Positions 10,301-19,263 of a stretch of DNA of 64,000 nucleotides are shown here, piece after piece. The translations under genes were made by a program, and so were the position numbers. The notes below the pieces were generated by a model that did no database searches, was not told the origin of the DNA, and saw only the letters and a program-made list of their open reading frames with translations. The DNA is taken from positions 11,208-75,207 of IMG/VR virus record IMGVR_UViG_3300029875_000005; one strand, given 5' to 3'. The stretch comes from a virus. Numbering within the stretch: the stretch's first letter is position 1; every line of letters starts with the position of its first letter.

Positions 10301-10720
10301 ATTTTGAATGTTTTGAGCATCAAGACCGCTCTGTGTATTGTCGTAGGTTACTGCCGAACCTACAGATGCACCACCACTGACAGCTATGCCATCTACGGTG
10401 TCCTTGATTTGCTTGGTCTTGGTTTGCAGGTCGGAAATATCATCATCGTTAGAAGAGATTTGCCGCTGATGATCTACAAGCGTGCTATCTACTTTCTGTA
10501 TCGTCTCTATAAGATTTTCAGGAAGACCTGCTGCTGCCTCGAAGATTTTAAGCAGTTCCTTGTCGAACTTATCCTGTGTAACGGATTCTGGTGCTAACTT
10601 TGAATTAGTAACAGAACCTTCGGCAAGTTTCTCTGTTGTGACAGACTTGTCGTTGAAGTCGGCTGTCTTTATCAGCGGCACCTTCGTTCCAAGCTTTTCA
10701 TCTTGTCTAAATGTAGGCAT
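7331..10720 (-). CDS. Tail fibre / tail spike protein
   Basis: 1129 aa. The N-terminus has SVTxxKL repeats typical of fibre N-termini. At least 5 internal copies (two in tandem pairs) of a ~35-40-aa motif follow (N/E-E-E-[FWY]-L...DAEN..L.G...DG), then a large beta-rich C-terminal domain. Confidence 0.75.
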   Translation of the reverse strand: MPTFRQDEKLGTKVPLIKTADFNDKSVTTEKLAEGSVTNSKLAPESVTQDKFDKELLKIFEAAAGLPENLIETIQKVDSTLVDHQRQISSNDDDISDLQTKTKQIKDTVDGIAVSGGASVGSAVTYDNTQSGLDAQNIQNAIDELVNNLGHYETNEEWLRVYTDAENKFLWGIRVDGSIDWAVGIPKPIQKTLNEIIANNETFQQTLTEAMEAYKATIDEKVAAIDKKKVDKEEGKSLIEDEVKERFRVIENEEFIKAVVDSEDRVLFGFYRATGKPYYPLNEMYHVIQNEEFLWVILDAANHPLLGIQQDGTSWAAKAQWLDDIKAIKNVLSNIDETLKTFQPKEDGKGLINIDVADSFFYISNDEYIIAIEDAENRILAGIKYDGEPYFPNHEMYSVIANEEWLYAIIDAENKVLGGFRADDGHMVVGGIDISTFIANAIIDIADIKKRTAHLSTIENDEYLSVETDAEGKVIGYTAPDGSHYLYKVKSETILTQIEEKTDIENRLEMTLDEEEHILSYRDKNGVKHETALDVEHLDVEHFSMKGESIDFSNYATQDDVNGIQLKNIDGVYDNSKPNLYLTSQKTYTTADGKQSFTPPNAGAEMSNKIPCKPGEWFTRTGTATGMVVVSDRNDNNAKRLMPNGSLPKASVQVPEYWDWAAYIRFAVATYENNVTINRGKYAVSESSDSVSIPKLKLNVANFTKETKYLKSPNGTFFELSVSNEGVLSVKEIDKDLVAPFDVPSDLKFTISNPSGGAAVFCGNANRVLLHNEKYLYEVKETGLTKFLSIADSSAYFYNVEHQVNSSGKSRIVALLKVDPFKGLCVFDENFILIDQLASPNYDTHDFIYIDDFHYIVYYHSNVLTIDGHMTYSDTLVEWKNGKKIGSYTLNDQDVLRDILFDADVHSTAPIAETHTNTIGFDRTEDRIIVNPRNCCSWVIIKRTVSGEDKVTFGPVLEQVGGLPSSSNYGAVARRIKTDSLAQWFLCHDVKYWGMKEISGVSYPTYTLFDNNFLMKENPRNNPTSNPTGATDNAATCSRIVQLSIDWSKRKIVEYKVYVVPSYYSNVMSSAWMMDEGMFCIDYAIMGTIIFADFTTEATTVSEDNHLYTNAKITWKLKQQKLLYRANIY

Positions 10721-10985
10721 ATTTTATTTCTTTTGGTTCTGTAGAAGTGAATATTTGAATTTGGACGGTATCGGGAATGACCGAGATACGGAACTCGAAG
10801 GACTGGGTGTCCTTGTGGCGACGTATCGGGACGCGAGGGAAATTTCCCTTATCATCTGACTGACGGATAACCACCTTTCCTTTTTCCCTTAGCATGATTC
10901 TTAGGAAAATATCACGGCGAAGAGTAAGGATTGGAGTTACCCACGCAAGTTCATTGGCATCGTATGAGGCTGTTACATTCTCCAT
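10707..10985 (-). CDS. Hypothetical virion protein
   Basis: 92 aa, overlapping the fibre start by 14 nt, which suggests translational coupling. Confidence 0.5.
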   Translation of the reverse strand: MENVTASYDANELAWVTPILTLRRDIFLRIMLREKGKVVIRQSDDKGNFPRVPIRRHKDTQSFEFRISVIPDTVQIQIFTSTEPKEIKYAYI

Positions 10986-10992
10986 ATCGTCT

Positions 10993-11652
10993 TTATTTAG
11001 AGGTTTGATTTACGCCTAGCTGTTGCAGGGCGATGGTGTACATCTGGCTAGCTTTGGTATCATCGTAGGCTGAGAGGAGCAGAAAGGCGATATAATAGAT
11101 GAAGGCATTCTTCAGCTTGTCCGGAATGGCTACATCGGTTGTGGAAACGTCTGTGCTCACAGACTTAGGTACGCCCACATAGGTAATGACCGCCGTTGAA
11201 GTCTTGGGCTGCATGAGTATCTTGATTGGATTCTCTCGCATGATGGCAGCCTGTGGGCGATCAATGGTACCCTTGGCGGTATCGTCGTACATCATAAGAG
11301 CTTCATCATCGGTGTCCTCTACTGGGGCGACTGCCTTATACCAAGAAGCGCCACGAATGCGGTTGATGGTAATAATCTCCATATTGGAAGGCATGGTGAT
11401 AACACCGATGTTACGATTAGAATCAAAATCGGACACCTGAATTGTGTCGGAAGTCGAGCCTATGCTCTTGGAATCGGACAGAACAGGCGAAGATGCAGCA
11501 GTAATAGCTATCCAATGCAGCGCATCGTTTATCTTCGACTTGATGATGTTGTCCATATACAAATCATCCTTCTCATCGGTGATTTCCGATGTGTTGTTGG
11601 ATTCCTCGTCTATGCACCAACGTACTGCCTTTATGATTTCCTCTATACTCAT
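10993..11652 (-). CDS. Hypothetical head/neck structural protein
   Basis: 219 aa, between the candidate MCP block and the fibre genes. Confidence 0.5.
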   Translation of the reverse strand: MSIEEIIKAVRWCIDEESNNTSEITDEKDDLYMDNIIKSKINDALHWIAITAASSPVLSDSKSIGSTSDTIQVSDFDSNRNIGVITMPSNMEIITINRIRGASWYKAVAPVEDTDDEALMMYDDTAKGTIDRPQAAIMRENPIKILMQPKTSTAVITYVGVPKSVSTDVSTTDVAIPDKLKNAFIYYIAFLLLSAYDDTKASQMYTIALQQLGVNQTSK

Positions 11653-11669
11653 TTACACCTTATTGTATA

Positions 11670-12131
11670 TTACTGCTTGCCGTAATCAGGGAAAACAAGA
11701 CCAGCCTTGTCTGCATGCTTCATGGCAGTTTCAAGAGTCCTGCAATCCTTATCAAAACGGTTGTTTATGTAATTAATAACTTCTTCCGCTGTACGGATGC
11801 CTGCTACCTCCTCTTTCTGTGACTTTTTTGTAGTCTTCTTTGCCGGCTCATCTACGGTTGACTTTAATGCGGCATTCTTTTCCTCTTCAAGTTTAGCCTT
11901 TTCGCCAGGGTACTCTTCTTCCTCATGGTCGAGAATAATAGTATTGTTGGCAAAAAGCAAGCTAGACTCAAGAAGTTCCTGACAGTATCGGTTTCGCAAC
12001 GTAAGTGAAGGATATTTGTTTATAATTACATTACCATTTGCGAAAGGATAGCGAACCTGATTACCCTGCTTACCTGAAAGCAGATAGCTAATGCTATTTT
12101 GATTTACTCGTGCTTTATATGTCTTAATCAT
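11670..12131 (-). CDS. Hypothetical structural protein with acidic/Lys-rich linker
   Basis: 153 aa, directly downstream of the candidate capsid gene. Confidence 0.5.
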   Translation of the reverse strand: MIKTYKARVNQNSISYLLSGKQGNQVRYPFANGNVIINKYPSLTLRNRYCQELLESSLLFANNTIILDHEEEEYPGEKAKLEEEKNAALKSTVDEPAKKTTKKSQKEEVAGIRTAEEVINYINNRFDKDCRTLETAMKHADKAGLVFPDYGKQ

Positions 12132-12197
12132 ATTTATTCTTTATAAATGGTGGGCAGAGCAAGATGCACCTGCCCACCGATGGTTTATAGTGATAAT

Positions 12198-13907
12198 TTA
12201 CTGCGCTGTATCTTGACCAGCATAGATAGCCCAAGCGGTGCCAGTGTAGTATAAAACTGTACCTGCCTCATACTTGACATCATCAGTAGGAGAATTAGTA
12301 CCCTTTAAGGTGTAGTTTTGCGTGAGCGCAACCTTCATACCCTTTGATGGATTCTTAGGAAGTTCCTTAGCAGAAATGATGGCATTAAGTGACTCTGTGG
12401 CAATCTTAGCAATCTTATCAGCAGGACCAACCAAGATTGAGTTGTAACCACGAAGTGCCACACTATCTGCCTCCTGATGAATCCAACGCTTAGCGTCACG
12501 AACCTCGCCACCTCCCTTAGACATATCATTGGTCTGCTCCTTCTTGCCAATCTTGACGTATCGGCGAGAAGCCTTAGGGTCGAAGATAACCATAAAGTCT
12601 GACATACCCAAGAGATCGAGAGTCTGAGTCCAAACAAAATCAATAGAGCCGAAGGTGTCTTTGAATCGCTTGAAGGTAAGGTCGAACTCGTTGTGATTAA
12701 TGAAGTCGTTCTGATGGCTTCCCTCCAACTTGATATTCTCCAAACGTTCGATAGCATTCTTACCACAGAAGGCAAAACAACGATCATTCTCGGAGAATTC
12801 CGTGAACTGGAGTTTGGAAATAGCAATCAAATCGCCAAGCGTATAAGTATCACCGATGGAGTATGTGTTGGTGAGCTGATTGATGATACCCTCAGAGGTA
12901 TAGACATCTTCAATCTGTCCGTCGCCGGTCTCTGCCTTGAAGCGAGACTTGCATCCAAGCAAATAAGTACGCTCTGCACGTAGGTTATACTTGATGATAG
13001 CATCGGTCTTTAAGTCGGCAACTGTAATAGGCTGCTCCTTCTTTACCTTCTCGTAGTCATCTGTAAATACGATGTTCAAGAGTTTCTTCTGAACATACAC
13101 TTCTTTCTCGCGTGGCTGGAAGTTTTCTGGTGTAATGGTGAGCTGAGACTCAGAAGCTGCAGATGCACCAGCAAGGAACGTTGTTCCAACAGGGATTTCC
13201 GGGCAAGTCATGTTGTCAAGATTGTCTCTTGAGTCTCCACTAACCTTCGGCTTTCCGTTGACAGCCTGCATAACCGCTTTTTTACCGTTAGCCTCAATTA
13301 CATAAAGCATCAGTGTACCCTCTGTCTTGGTCTGTGAGCCAGCAGCATAACCGGGAACACCAGAAGCAAAAACAGTAGTGCCTTTATAGAATGGGCGAAT
13401 AGAACCAGAGAAGTTCGTTGAATTAATCTCGATGGTGTCAGCAGTTTCAATTCTCTGAATAGTCTGTCCATCAAGAGTTTCGCCACCAACACGCTGATGC
13501 GAGATTGACCAGTTCTTAATATTTACTGTTTTTGCCATACGGCGAACAATAGAAAGAAGCGGTGTCTTGAAAGGATAGAACTTAACTATCTCACTATCCC
13601 ACTCCTTATCAAGCAGACCACCCTCACGAAGCTGTGTACTAGAAGCCTGGGAGCCTGTAAGGTCTTGACCATCTTTTTTTCCACCAGGGCTAAGTCTGTC
13701 GTTAACATTAGGGTCTACTGGCTCTTTTTGGGCAACAGTCTCTTTGTCTGCAGGATTTACTCCCTCGTTGCCAATCTGCGGCTCTACAAGGTCTGCCGTT
13801 GCCATTACTCCACCACCGGTAACTACGGCAAGAAGCATCAGAATCATCTTAAAGACGAACTGACCACTCATAAAATTCTTAAAACAATTTTTCTTCATTT
13901 TATACAT
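12198..13907 (-). CDS. Major capsid protein (candidate)
   Basis: 569 aa. The gene order portal / divergent late promoter / scaffold-like gene / this gene supports the call. The start is uncertain because the N-terminal 40 aa contain a hydrophobic stretch. Confidence 0.55.
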   Translation of the reverse strand: MYKMKKNCFKNFMSGQFVFKMILMLLAVVTGGGVMATADLVEPQIGNEGVNPADKETVAQKEPVDPNVNDRLSPGGKKDGQDLTGSQASSTQLREGGLLDKEWDSEIVKFYPFKTPLLSIVRRMAKTVNIKNWSISHQRVGGETLDGQTIQRIETADTIEINSTNFSGSIRPFYKGTTVFASGVPGYAAGSQTKTEGTLMLYVIEANGKKAVMQAVNGKPKVSGDSRDNLDNMTCPEIPVGTTFLAGASAASESQLTITPENFQPREKEVYVQKKLLNIVFTDDYEKVKKEQPITVADLKTDAIIKYNLRAERTYLLGCKSRFKAETGDGQIEDVYTSEGIINQLTNTYSIGDTYTLGDLIAISKLQFTEFSENDRCFAFCGKNAIERLENIKLEGSHQNDFINHNEFDLTFKRFKDTFGSIDFVWTQTLDLLGMSDFMVIFDPKASRRYVKIGKKEQTNDMSKGGGEVRDAKRWIHQEADSVALRGYNSILVGPADKIAKIATESLNAIISAKELPKNPSKGMKVALTQNYTLKGTNSPTDDVKYEAGTVLYYTGTAWAIYAGQDTAQ

Positions 13908-13918
13908 ATATTAATGGA

Positions 13919-14707
13919 TTAATTACTTCTAATATCATCAAAGAAACTTTCACGTTTCTGTTTCTTTGCCGGTTTATTTCCTGCGCCAGAACTAGAAAGA
14001 GAAGGAGGAATGCCTTCCGTGCTAGAAGAGCGAACCTTATTCTGAATCTTTTCGTTTCGGGCTTGCATAGCCGCCTCGTCGCGCGCCGAAGTGATGTCGG
14101 AATCATAGTTGTTGGCGTTGTGGAGCATCTTCCAAATATCATCTGAAATATCGCCACTCTCTACCTTGTCGTGAATCTCATAAAGCTGCTGCCACATATC
14201 GTCCACCTCATCAGGGAAGAGATTCATTAAGCGTTCATAAGACTTTTGCATATTTGCAAAAACTCTATCGGCAGCGGCGTTCTGTTCAGCCACGTCCTCG
14301 TTGTGCTTGGCGAGAATCTCAGCGAGTTTCTTGCCGCCTTCAGGATCATCAAACAAGGTCTTCACGTCAATACCCAAGCGAGCCATCGCATCAAACGGAT
14401 TGTCATCCGGATTCTTTTCCAAGTCCATCGCCAGAGCAGCGAGCCACTTGTGCTTATCGAATACCTTAGACAACGCCTTACCGCTTTCCTCGTATCGTCC
14501 GAGCAAATCAGCATCATCATTCATTGCCGCATAACGAGCTTCCTTGTCTTCGAAGTCGATGTCAGCATGGCGTTTCTTGAACCGGTCAGAGAAAGCCTTG
14601 CGATTAGGGCGGTCCTCTACAGGAGCTTCATCTGTAGCAGCCTCAGCAGGTGGAGCCTGCTGTGTGCCACCTTCCTCATTCATCTGTGCTAATTCTTCTT
14701 TTGTCAT
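13919..14707 (-). CDS. Scaffolding protein (candidate)
   Basis: I chose the internal Met MTKEELAQMNEE at 14707 because the listed upstream extension runs through the promoter. The protein is acidic and helical and lies just upstream of the candidate MCP. Confidence 0.45.
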   Translation of the reverse strand: MTKEELAQMNEEGGTQQAPPAEAATDEAPVEDRPNRKAFSDRFKKRHADIDFEDKEARYAAMNDDADLLGRYEESGKALSKVFDKHKWLAALAMDLEKNPDDNPFDAMARLGIDVKTLFDDPEGGKKLAEILAKHNEDVAEQNAAADRVFANMQKSYERLMNLFPDEVDDMWQQLYEIHDKVESGDISDDIWKMLHNANNYDSDITSARDEAAMQARNEKIQNKVRSSSTEGIPPSLSSSGAGNKPAKKQKRESFFDDIRSN

Positions 14708-14737
14708 ATCTCTATAATTCTGTTTGAAACTTTTCGG

Positions 14738-14779
14738 CAAAAATGCAAATAATTTGAAGAAGTTTTGCCGTGCTCCAAC
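14738..14779 (-). promoter_or_regulatory. Late-type promoter (minus copy): GTTGGAGCACGGCAAA-N18-CATTTTTG
   Basis: The reverse complement of 14764-14779 is GTTGGAGCACGGCAAA. Exactly 18 nt further along the minus strand is a near-consensus -7 box. It drives the scaffold/MCP operon. Confidence 0.6.
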
Positions 14780-14796
14780 CTTGCGCTTGGTGGTTG

Positions 14797-14838
14797 GTTG
14801 GAACACGGCAAAGAAAGCCATGTTTTTGCCTATTTTTG
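14797..14838 (+). promoter_or_regulatory. Late-type promoter: GTTGGAACACGGCAAA-N18-TATTTTTG
   Basis: Same 16-mer and same 18-nt spacer as the copies at 26233 and 56218. The portal ATG is 16 nt after the -7 box. Confidence 0.65.
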
Positions 14839-14853
14839 CGCCTATAATTAATA

Positions 14854-16887
14854 ATGTATAAGAAAATGGTAAAGGCAAGAATACTGACACTTAGCAAAGT
14901 GATGCCTCAACATAACAAGTATGACTCGGTTAAGGCTCGCAAGCGAAGACAAGAACACGGCAAGGACGAGGAGTTACTCAGCCGATGCAGAAATGCTTGG
15001 AATAACCTGAGCGGTGTGCGAGAAACGAGGGCGAGAACGATGCGCTACTGTATGGGCGACCAATGGAGCGACACCATCAGAGTATACCATCATGGTTACT
15101 GGGAGGAAATGACGGAACGCACCTATATGGAAAAGCGCAACCAGACACCTATGAGCAACAACATCATGGTGAGCATTCTGGAATCTATTGCCGGTCTTTA
15201 TGCCAAGCAGGGAACGGAACCGGTATGCTTTGCAAGAGATAGCGACTCCCGACAATTGAGCGACATGATGAGTGCCACGATGCAATGCAACTGGCAGACA
15301 ACGTACATGCAAGATGTGCTGAACCACGCCATTAAGGACTATCTTATGGGCGGTCAGATGTTTGTCAGAGAGAGTTGGGAGGCGAAGGAACTAGAAATGC
15401 CAGACTCATGGACAGACGCGATGGAACCCGACCACATGTTTTTTGAATGCGGCAGCGACCCACGACACAACGACGTGAGCCTTATCGGTGTGCTGCATGA
15501 CGTGAGCCGAGAAGACTTGTATCAGAAGTTTGCCAAACAGGAATATGGGCTTACAGAAGAAGATCTGAACGCCATCTTTGATATTTATCCTTCGGACGAT
15601 AACAGCTACGGCTATGAGTTTAACGAAGAAAAGGCGTTGGATAATCTCTCTTTCGACCATACCAACAAGGGAAGACATTACTCTAGAGTGATTGAGGTGT
15701 GGACCACGGAAACCAAACCAATGCTGCAATGCTTTGACCCTATTGCTCAAAATGTAAATGATGCTTATTTTAGGGTAGATCGTAATGATACGGCTATGAT
15801 ACAAAAGCTGATAGATTTAAACAATAGGCGTAAAGAGCAGTATGACGAGGCTGGTGTGCCGGAGGAAGATAGGGCGTATATCACCAGCAAAGATACTTCC
15901 AGTAAGTACTGGTATTATACCTATATGGCGCCAGACGGAACTATCCTCTGTCAGGGCGAAACACCATACGACTACAAAAGCCATCCTTTCACAATGAAAC
16001 TCTATCCGTATATCAACGGAGAGATTCATCCATTCCTTGCCAACATCATAGACCAGCAGAGATACATCAACCGACTGATTGTGATGAACGACATGGCCAT
16101 CAGAAGCAGTTTCAAGGGATTCAAGATGATTCCTACAAATGTGCTTAACGGCAGAACGCCAGAGCAGTTTATGGAAGAGGCGGTAGAGTATGACGGATGG
16201 ATATTCTACAAGCCATCGGTAAAGACGCCGAATGCGAAGCCAGAAATTATTACATCGAATGCCGTGAACATCGGTACGAATGAACTCTTGCAGATAGAAC
16301 TGAACCTGATTAGAGAGGTTACCAACGTGAGCGGTGCTTTGCAGGGTAAGACCCCATCGGCAGGAACTTCGGCAGCCAGATATGCACAGGAAAGCCAGAA
16401 TGCAACCACGTCTCTGTATACCATCCTTGCCGACATGGACGTGTTCACGGAGAAGCTGGCAACCAAGAAGTGCATGACTATACAGCAGTACTACGAAGAC
16501 GGAAGAAGGGTTTACGACCGGAACTTCAATACGGTTTACAAGTACGACCGTCTTTCGGCAAGAGATATTCACTTCAAGATCAGCATCAAGAATGCAGCAG
16601 CTACGGCAGCCTTCAACACGATGCAAAACGATACGCTCGACAAGCTTCTTGAAATGGGCGGTATCAATATCATTCAGTATCTGCAGAATCTCAACGCACC
16701 ATTTGCAGACAAGTTGCTTGCCAGCGTACAGGAGCAGCAGGCTCAGCTTGAACAGATGTATCAGCAGCAACAGGCAATGGCTATGCAGCAAGGCGGTGGT
16801 CAGGTAGAGAACGGAATTGTGCAGGGTGCAGACCAGAATGCAGTAGCACAAGCACAGAGTGCATTAGGATATAACAGAGCAGCATAA
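14854..16887 (+). CDS. Portal protein
   Basis: 677 aa, first gene of the plus-strand late operon that ends with TerL. It has a Q-rich C-terminal tail. Size and position are typical for a portal. Confidence 0.6.
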   Translation: MYKKMVKARILTLSKVMPQHNKYDSVKARKRRQEHGKDEELLSRCRNAWNNLSGVRETRARTMRYCMGDQWSDTIRVYHHGYWEEMTERTYMEKRNQTPMSNNIMVSILESIAGLYAKQGTEPVCFARDSDSRQLSDMMSATMQCNWQTTYMQDVLNHAIKDYLMGGQMFVRESWEAKELEMPDSWTDAMEPDHMFFECGSDPRHNDVSLIGVLHDVSREDLYQKFAKQEYGLTEEDLNAIFDIYPSDDNSYGYEFNEEKALDNLSFDHTNKGRHYSRVIEVWTTETKPMLQCFDPIAQNVNDAYFRVDRNDTAMIQKLIDLNNRRKEQYDEAGVPEEDRAYITSKDTSSKYWYYTYMAPDGTILCQGETPYDYKSHPFTMKLYPYINGEIHPFLANIIDQQRYINRLIVMNDMAIRSSFKGFKMIPTNVLNGRTPEQFMEEAVEYDGWIFYKPSVKTPNAKPEIITSNAVNIGTNELLQIELNLIREVTNVSGALQGKTPSAGTSAARYAQESQNATTSLYTILADMDVFTEKLATKKCMTIQQYYEDGRRVYDRNFNTVYKYDRLSARDIHFKISIKNAAATAAFNTMQNDTLDKLLEMGGINIIQYLQNLNAPFADKLLASVQEQQAQLEQMYQQQQAMAMQQGGGQVENGIVQGADQNAVAQAQSALGYNRAA

Positions 16888-16890
16888 GGT

Positions 16891-17382
16891 ATGGAAGTAC
16901 AGATAACGATAGAAATGGAGAAGGTGATGAGTGAGGTGAGCAAACACTTCGCTCTCATCGGAAAACGCCTGAAAGATAAGAACGGCGATACGATGTTTGT
17001 CAAGACCACCCTATCTTCGGAAGAGAAAGGTATCATGAAGCAGTATATCAACGCTGCGGCAGAAACATTTGTAGCAGAGCTGGCACCACAAGTAACCTAT
17101 TACAAGAACGGAGACGCAATGGTGATTAAGTTCAAAAACAGCAGATGGGCAGACGGAGAAGACGGTATTACCGTTCCATTTGAAGGCAACTTCATGGGGT
17201 ATGTGATAGCCTATGTATCGAATGCGGTATTGGGAATGACCGAGGAAGAGCTGGCACAGAAGTATGCTGCGGACATGGCGAACCATATAGCAGCGGCCAT
17301 CAAGCTGATTTATCACAAGACTCCACCGGCAAGCAGCAACAAGAGTCTGGCAGACATGACAGGCGAAATAATCATTGACTAA
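16891..17382 (+). CDS. Hypothetical head protein
   Basis: 163 aa, 3 nt after the portal stop. Confidence 0.55.
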   Translation: MEVQITIEMEKVMSEVSKHFALIGKRLKDKNGDTMFVKTTLSSEEKGIMKQYINAAAETFVAELAPQVTYYKNGDAMVIKFKNSRWADGEDGITVPFEGNFMGYVIAYVSNAVLGMTEEELAQKYAADMANHIAAAIKLIYHKTPPASSNKSLADMTGEIIID

Positions 17383-17395
17383 AAAAGGAGAAGCT

Positions 17396-18193
17396 ATGAT
17401 CATAAAATTTCAAATTATCAAATCGGTAGTAATGGAGGCAGTAAAGTCGACAACCTACCTGAAAGCAAAGATAGATACTGCAGCAGACGAAAAAGCAGCG
17501 AAAGTAAGCTTTAACGAGGCTGCCGGCGATGATGAGGTTCACGAAAGAACGCTGACCCACGACTTTGATACAGCCCTGGAAGTATTGAAGACCATCTTCG
17601 TAGACTACCTTGTGCCAACGCCTCAGACTATTGGCGACAACGCCATCTACTATGGAAGTGAAACGGATGATATAGTGGAGTTCACTCTATCAGTATCAAG
17701 ACGTTATAACGGAACGCTGACCGACGCACTGGCTAGGTTATCGGCAAGATACGTGGAGGACTACATGATATACCAGTGGTGGCTGAAAACAACAAACCTG
17801 AAACAAGCGGAGCCATACCAAGCTACACTTGCATCAGATGAGATAGCCATCAGAAAGTGTTTCGTGATGAGTGGTCCGGTGGTCCCTACCGTTCCTTATC
17901 CAACCGAGCTGACCGCAAAGGTGAATGGTGAGGGCGTGGAAGGTGAGATAACTCTAGAGAAGGGAGAGGAAGCTACCCTATCCTACTCGCTCAATGCTGG
18001 AGCAATTGATGATATTGAGGCAAGAAGCGAAGACCCAAGTATCATAGAGATACACCGATGCATGGATAGGCGAGCCTTTACTCTAGTTCCGGTAAATACC
18101 GGTTTCTGCAAGGTGAAGCTATGGTCAAGACATAGCGACAAACTGGAGTTCACTTGCGATGCCATCGTAACTGAGGAGGAAGGAGTTTTGTAA
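17396..18193 (+). CDS. Structural protein with C-terminal Ig-like (Big_2-like) domain
   Basis: ATG at 17396 (the listed start at 17375 is non-ATG). The C-terminal ~90 aa, LTAKVNGE...FTLVPVNTGFCKVKLWS, resemble a bacterial Ig-like fold. Confidence 0.5.
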   Translation: MIIKFQIIKSVVMEAVKSTTYLKAKIDTAADEKAAKVSFNEAAGDDEVHERTLTHDFDTALEVLKTIFVDYLVPTPQTIGDNAIYYGSETDDIVEFTLSVSRRYNGTLTDALARLSARYVEDYMIYQWWLKTTNLKQAEPYQATLASDEIAIRKCFVMSGPVVPTVPYPTELTAKVNGEGVEGEITLEKGEEATLSYSLNAGAIDDIEARSEDPSIIEIHRCMDRRAFTLVPVNTGFCKVKLWSRHSDKLEFTCDAIVTEEEGVL

Positions 18194-18195
18194 TA

Positions 18196-18834
18196 TTGAA
18201 TATAAAATATCAAGATATGAGCTATCCGGAGTTTAATAAATTACACCCGACACATTTTATCAGAGAGAGAGGATGGAAGCCCGAGCCAAATCCTTTCTTG
18301 CCGAAGCCACGAAGAGCAGGGCACGGCTATTGGGATAAACACATCTTTATCTATGCCACACAACTCTGGTATGATATAGATTCAAATACCAACATGGTAG
18401 GACGAGCAAGACGGAACATGAAGGACGCGCAAGGCGAAGATATTCCGACAAGCGAGAACGATCAGGAACGCCCGCTCTTCTACCGATGGTTTGACAAGTA
18501 TATTAATAAGGTGGAAGCGAATCTGTCTGCCTATGTAATGAAACCAGAAGGAAGGGTTAGAGATAATGCCCTGAGAGAATGGGATGAGAAGGAGATATGG
18601 CTGAAATTTCCCGACTACTGGGATGATACCAAATATGATGCACTCGTCAAGCTGATACACGACTATATCGTGACAGGTGCGCTATACGAATACTTTATGC
18701 GCACATTGACGAGCAAGGACCCTCTAACGATAGACCAGTTGAACCAACTGGACGAACTGGAGATAGACATCATAGACTGCGCCAACTCAACCAAACCGGG
18801 CAGCATGATTCACACGTTGAAACCCTTCGGATAA
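18196..18834 (+). CDS. Hypothetical structural protein
   Basis: 212 aa. The listed start is TTG and an alternative ATG lies at 18217. Confidence 0.5.
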   Translation: MNIKYQDMSYPEFNKLHPTHFIRERGWKPEPNPFLPKPRRAGHGYWDKHIFIYATQLWYDIDSNTNMVGRARRNMKDAQGEDIPTSENDQERPLFYRWFDKYINKVEANLSAYVMKPEGRVRDNALREWDEKEIWLKFPDYWDDTKYDALVKLIHDYIVTGALYEYFMRTLTSKDPLTIDQLNQLDELEIDIIDCANSTKPGSMIHTLKPFG

Positions 18835-18849
18835 TAAAAAAGCGAGCGT

Positions 18850-19263
18850 ATGGAAGATTTTGAAATGTATGGATTTAAGTCTGTAAGGGAGATACAGAAA
18901 GAGAAGAAGGAGAAGGTAAAGAAAATTCTCCCTGCAAGAAAGAGTGCCCAAAAGGAATATATACGTGACTGGCTGGCAAGGAGCCAAGAGCAGTTTGAGG
19001 ATTGTATGAACCAACTGGCAGAGTATGATCCTAAGACATACGTCACCATCTACAAAGACCTTACCAAGCACATGATACCAAAGCAAACAGAAGTAAGCGT
19101 TACTCACGGTATAGATGCAGACTTCAAGCAGCTTATGGCACTCGGTATGACAACCGTAGAGGACGAAGACGAGGCAGACGTACTGGATATAAGCAAAGCA
19201 CCCGAGATACAGGATGCAGATTTTGAGGAACTAAACGATTTGACGGATGGCTCTAGTAACTGA
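18850..19263 (+). CDS. Possible small terminase subunit
   Basis: 137 aa, immediately upstream of TerL and overlapping it. The call rests on position only. Confidence 0.35.
   Translation: MEDFEMYGFKSVREIQKEKKEKVKKILPARKSAQKEYIRDWLARSQEQFEDCMNQLAEYDPKTYVTIYKDLTKHMIPKQTEVSVTHGIDADFKQLMALGMTTVEDEDEADVLDISKAPEIQDADFEELNDLTDGSSN

Noticed and set aside
15817-16851. Long antisense ORFs inside large genes (also 559..1254, 19748..20854, 46175..46768, 58310..59353, 60076..60585, 60922..62022, 63067..63579)
   Set aside because: They are fully embedded opposite well-supported long ORFs. They have biased Ser/Leu/Arg/Cys-rich composition typical of shadow frames, and no start context.
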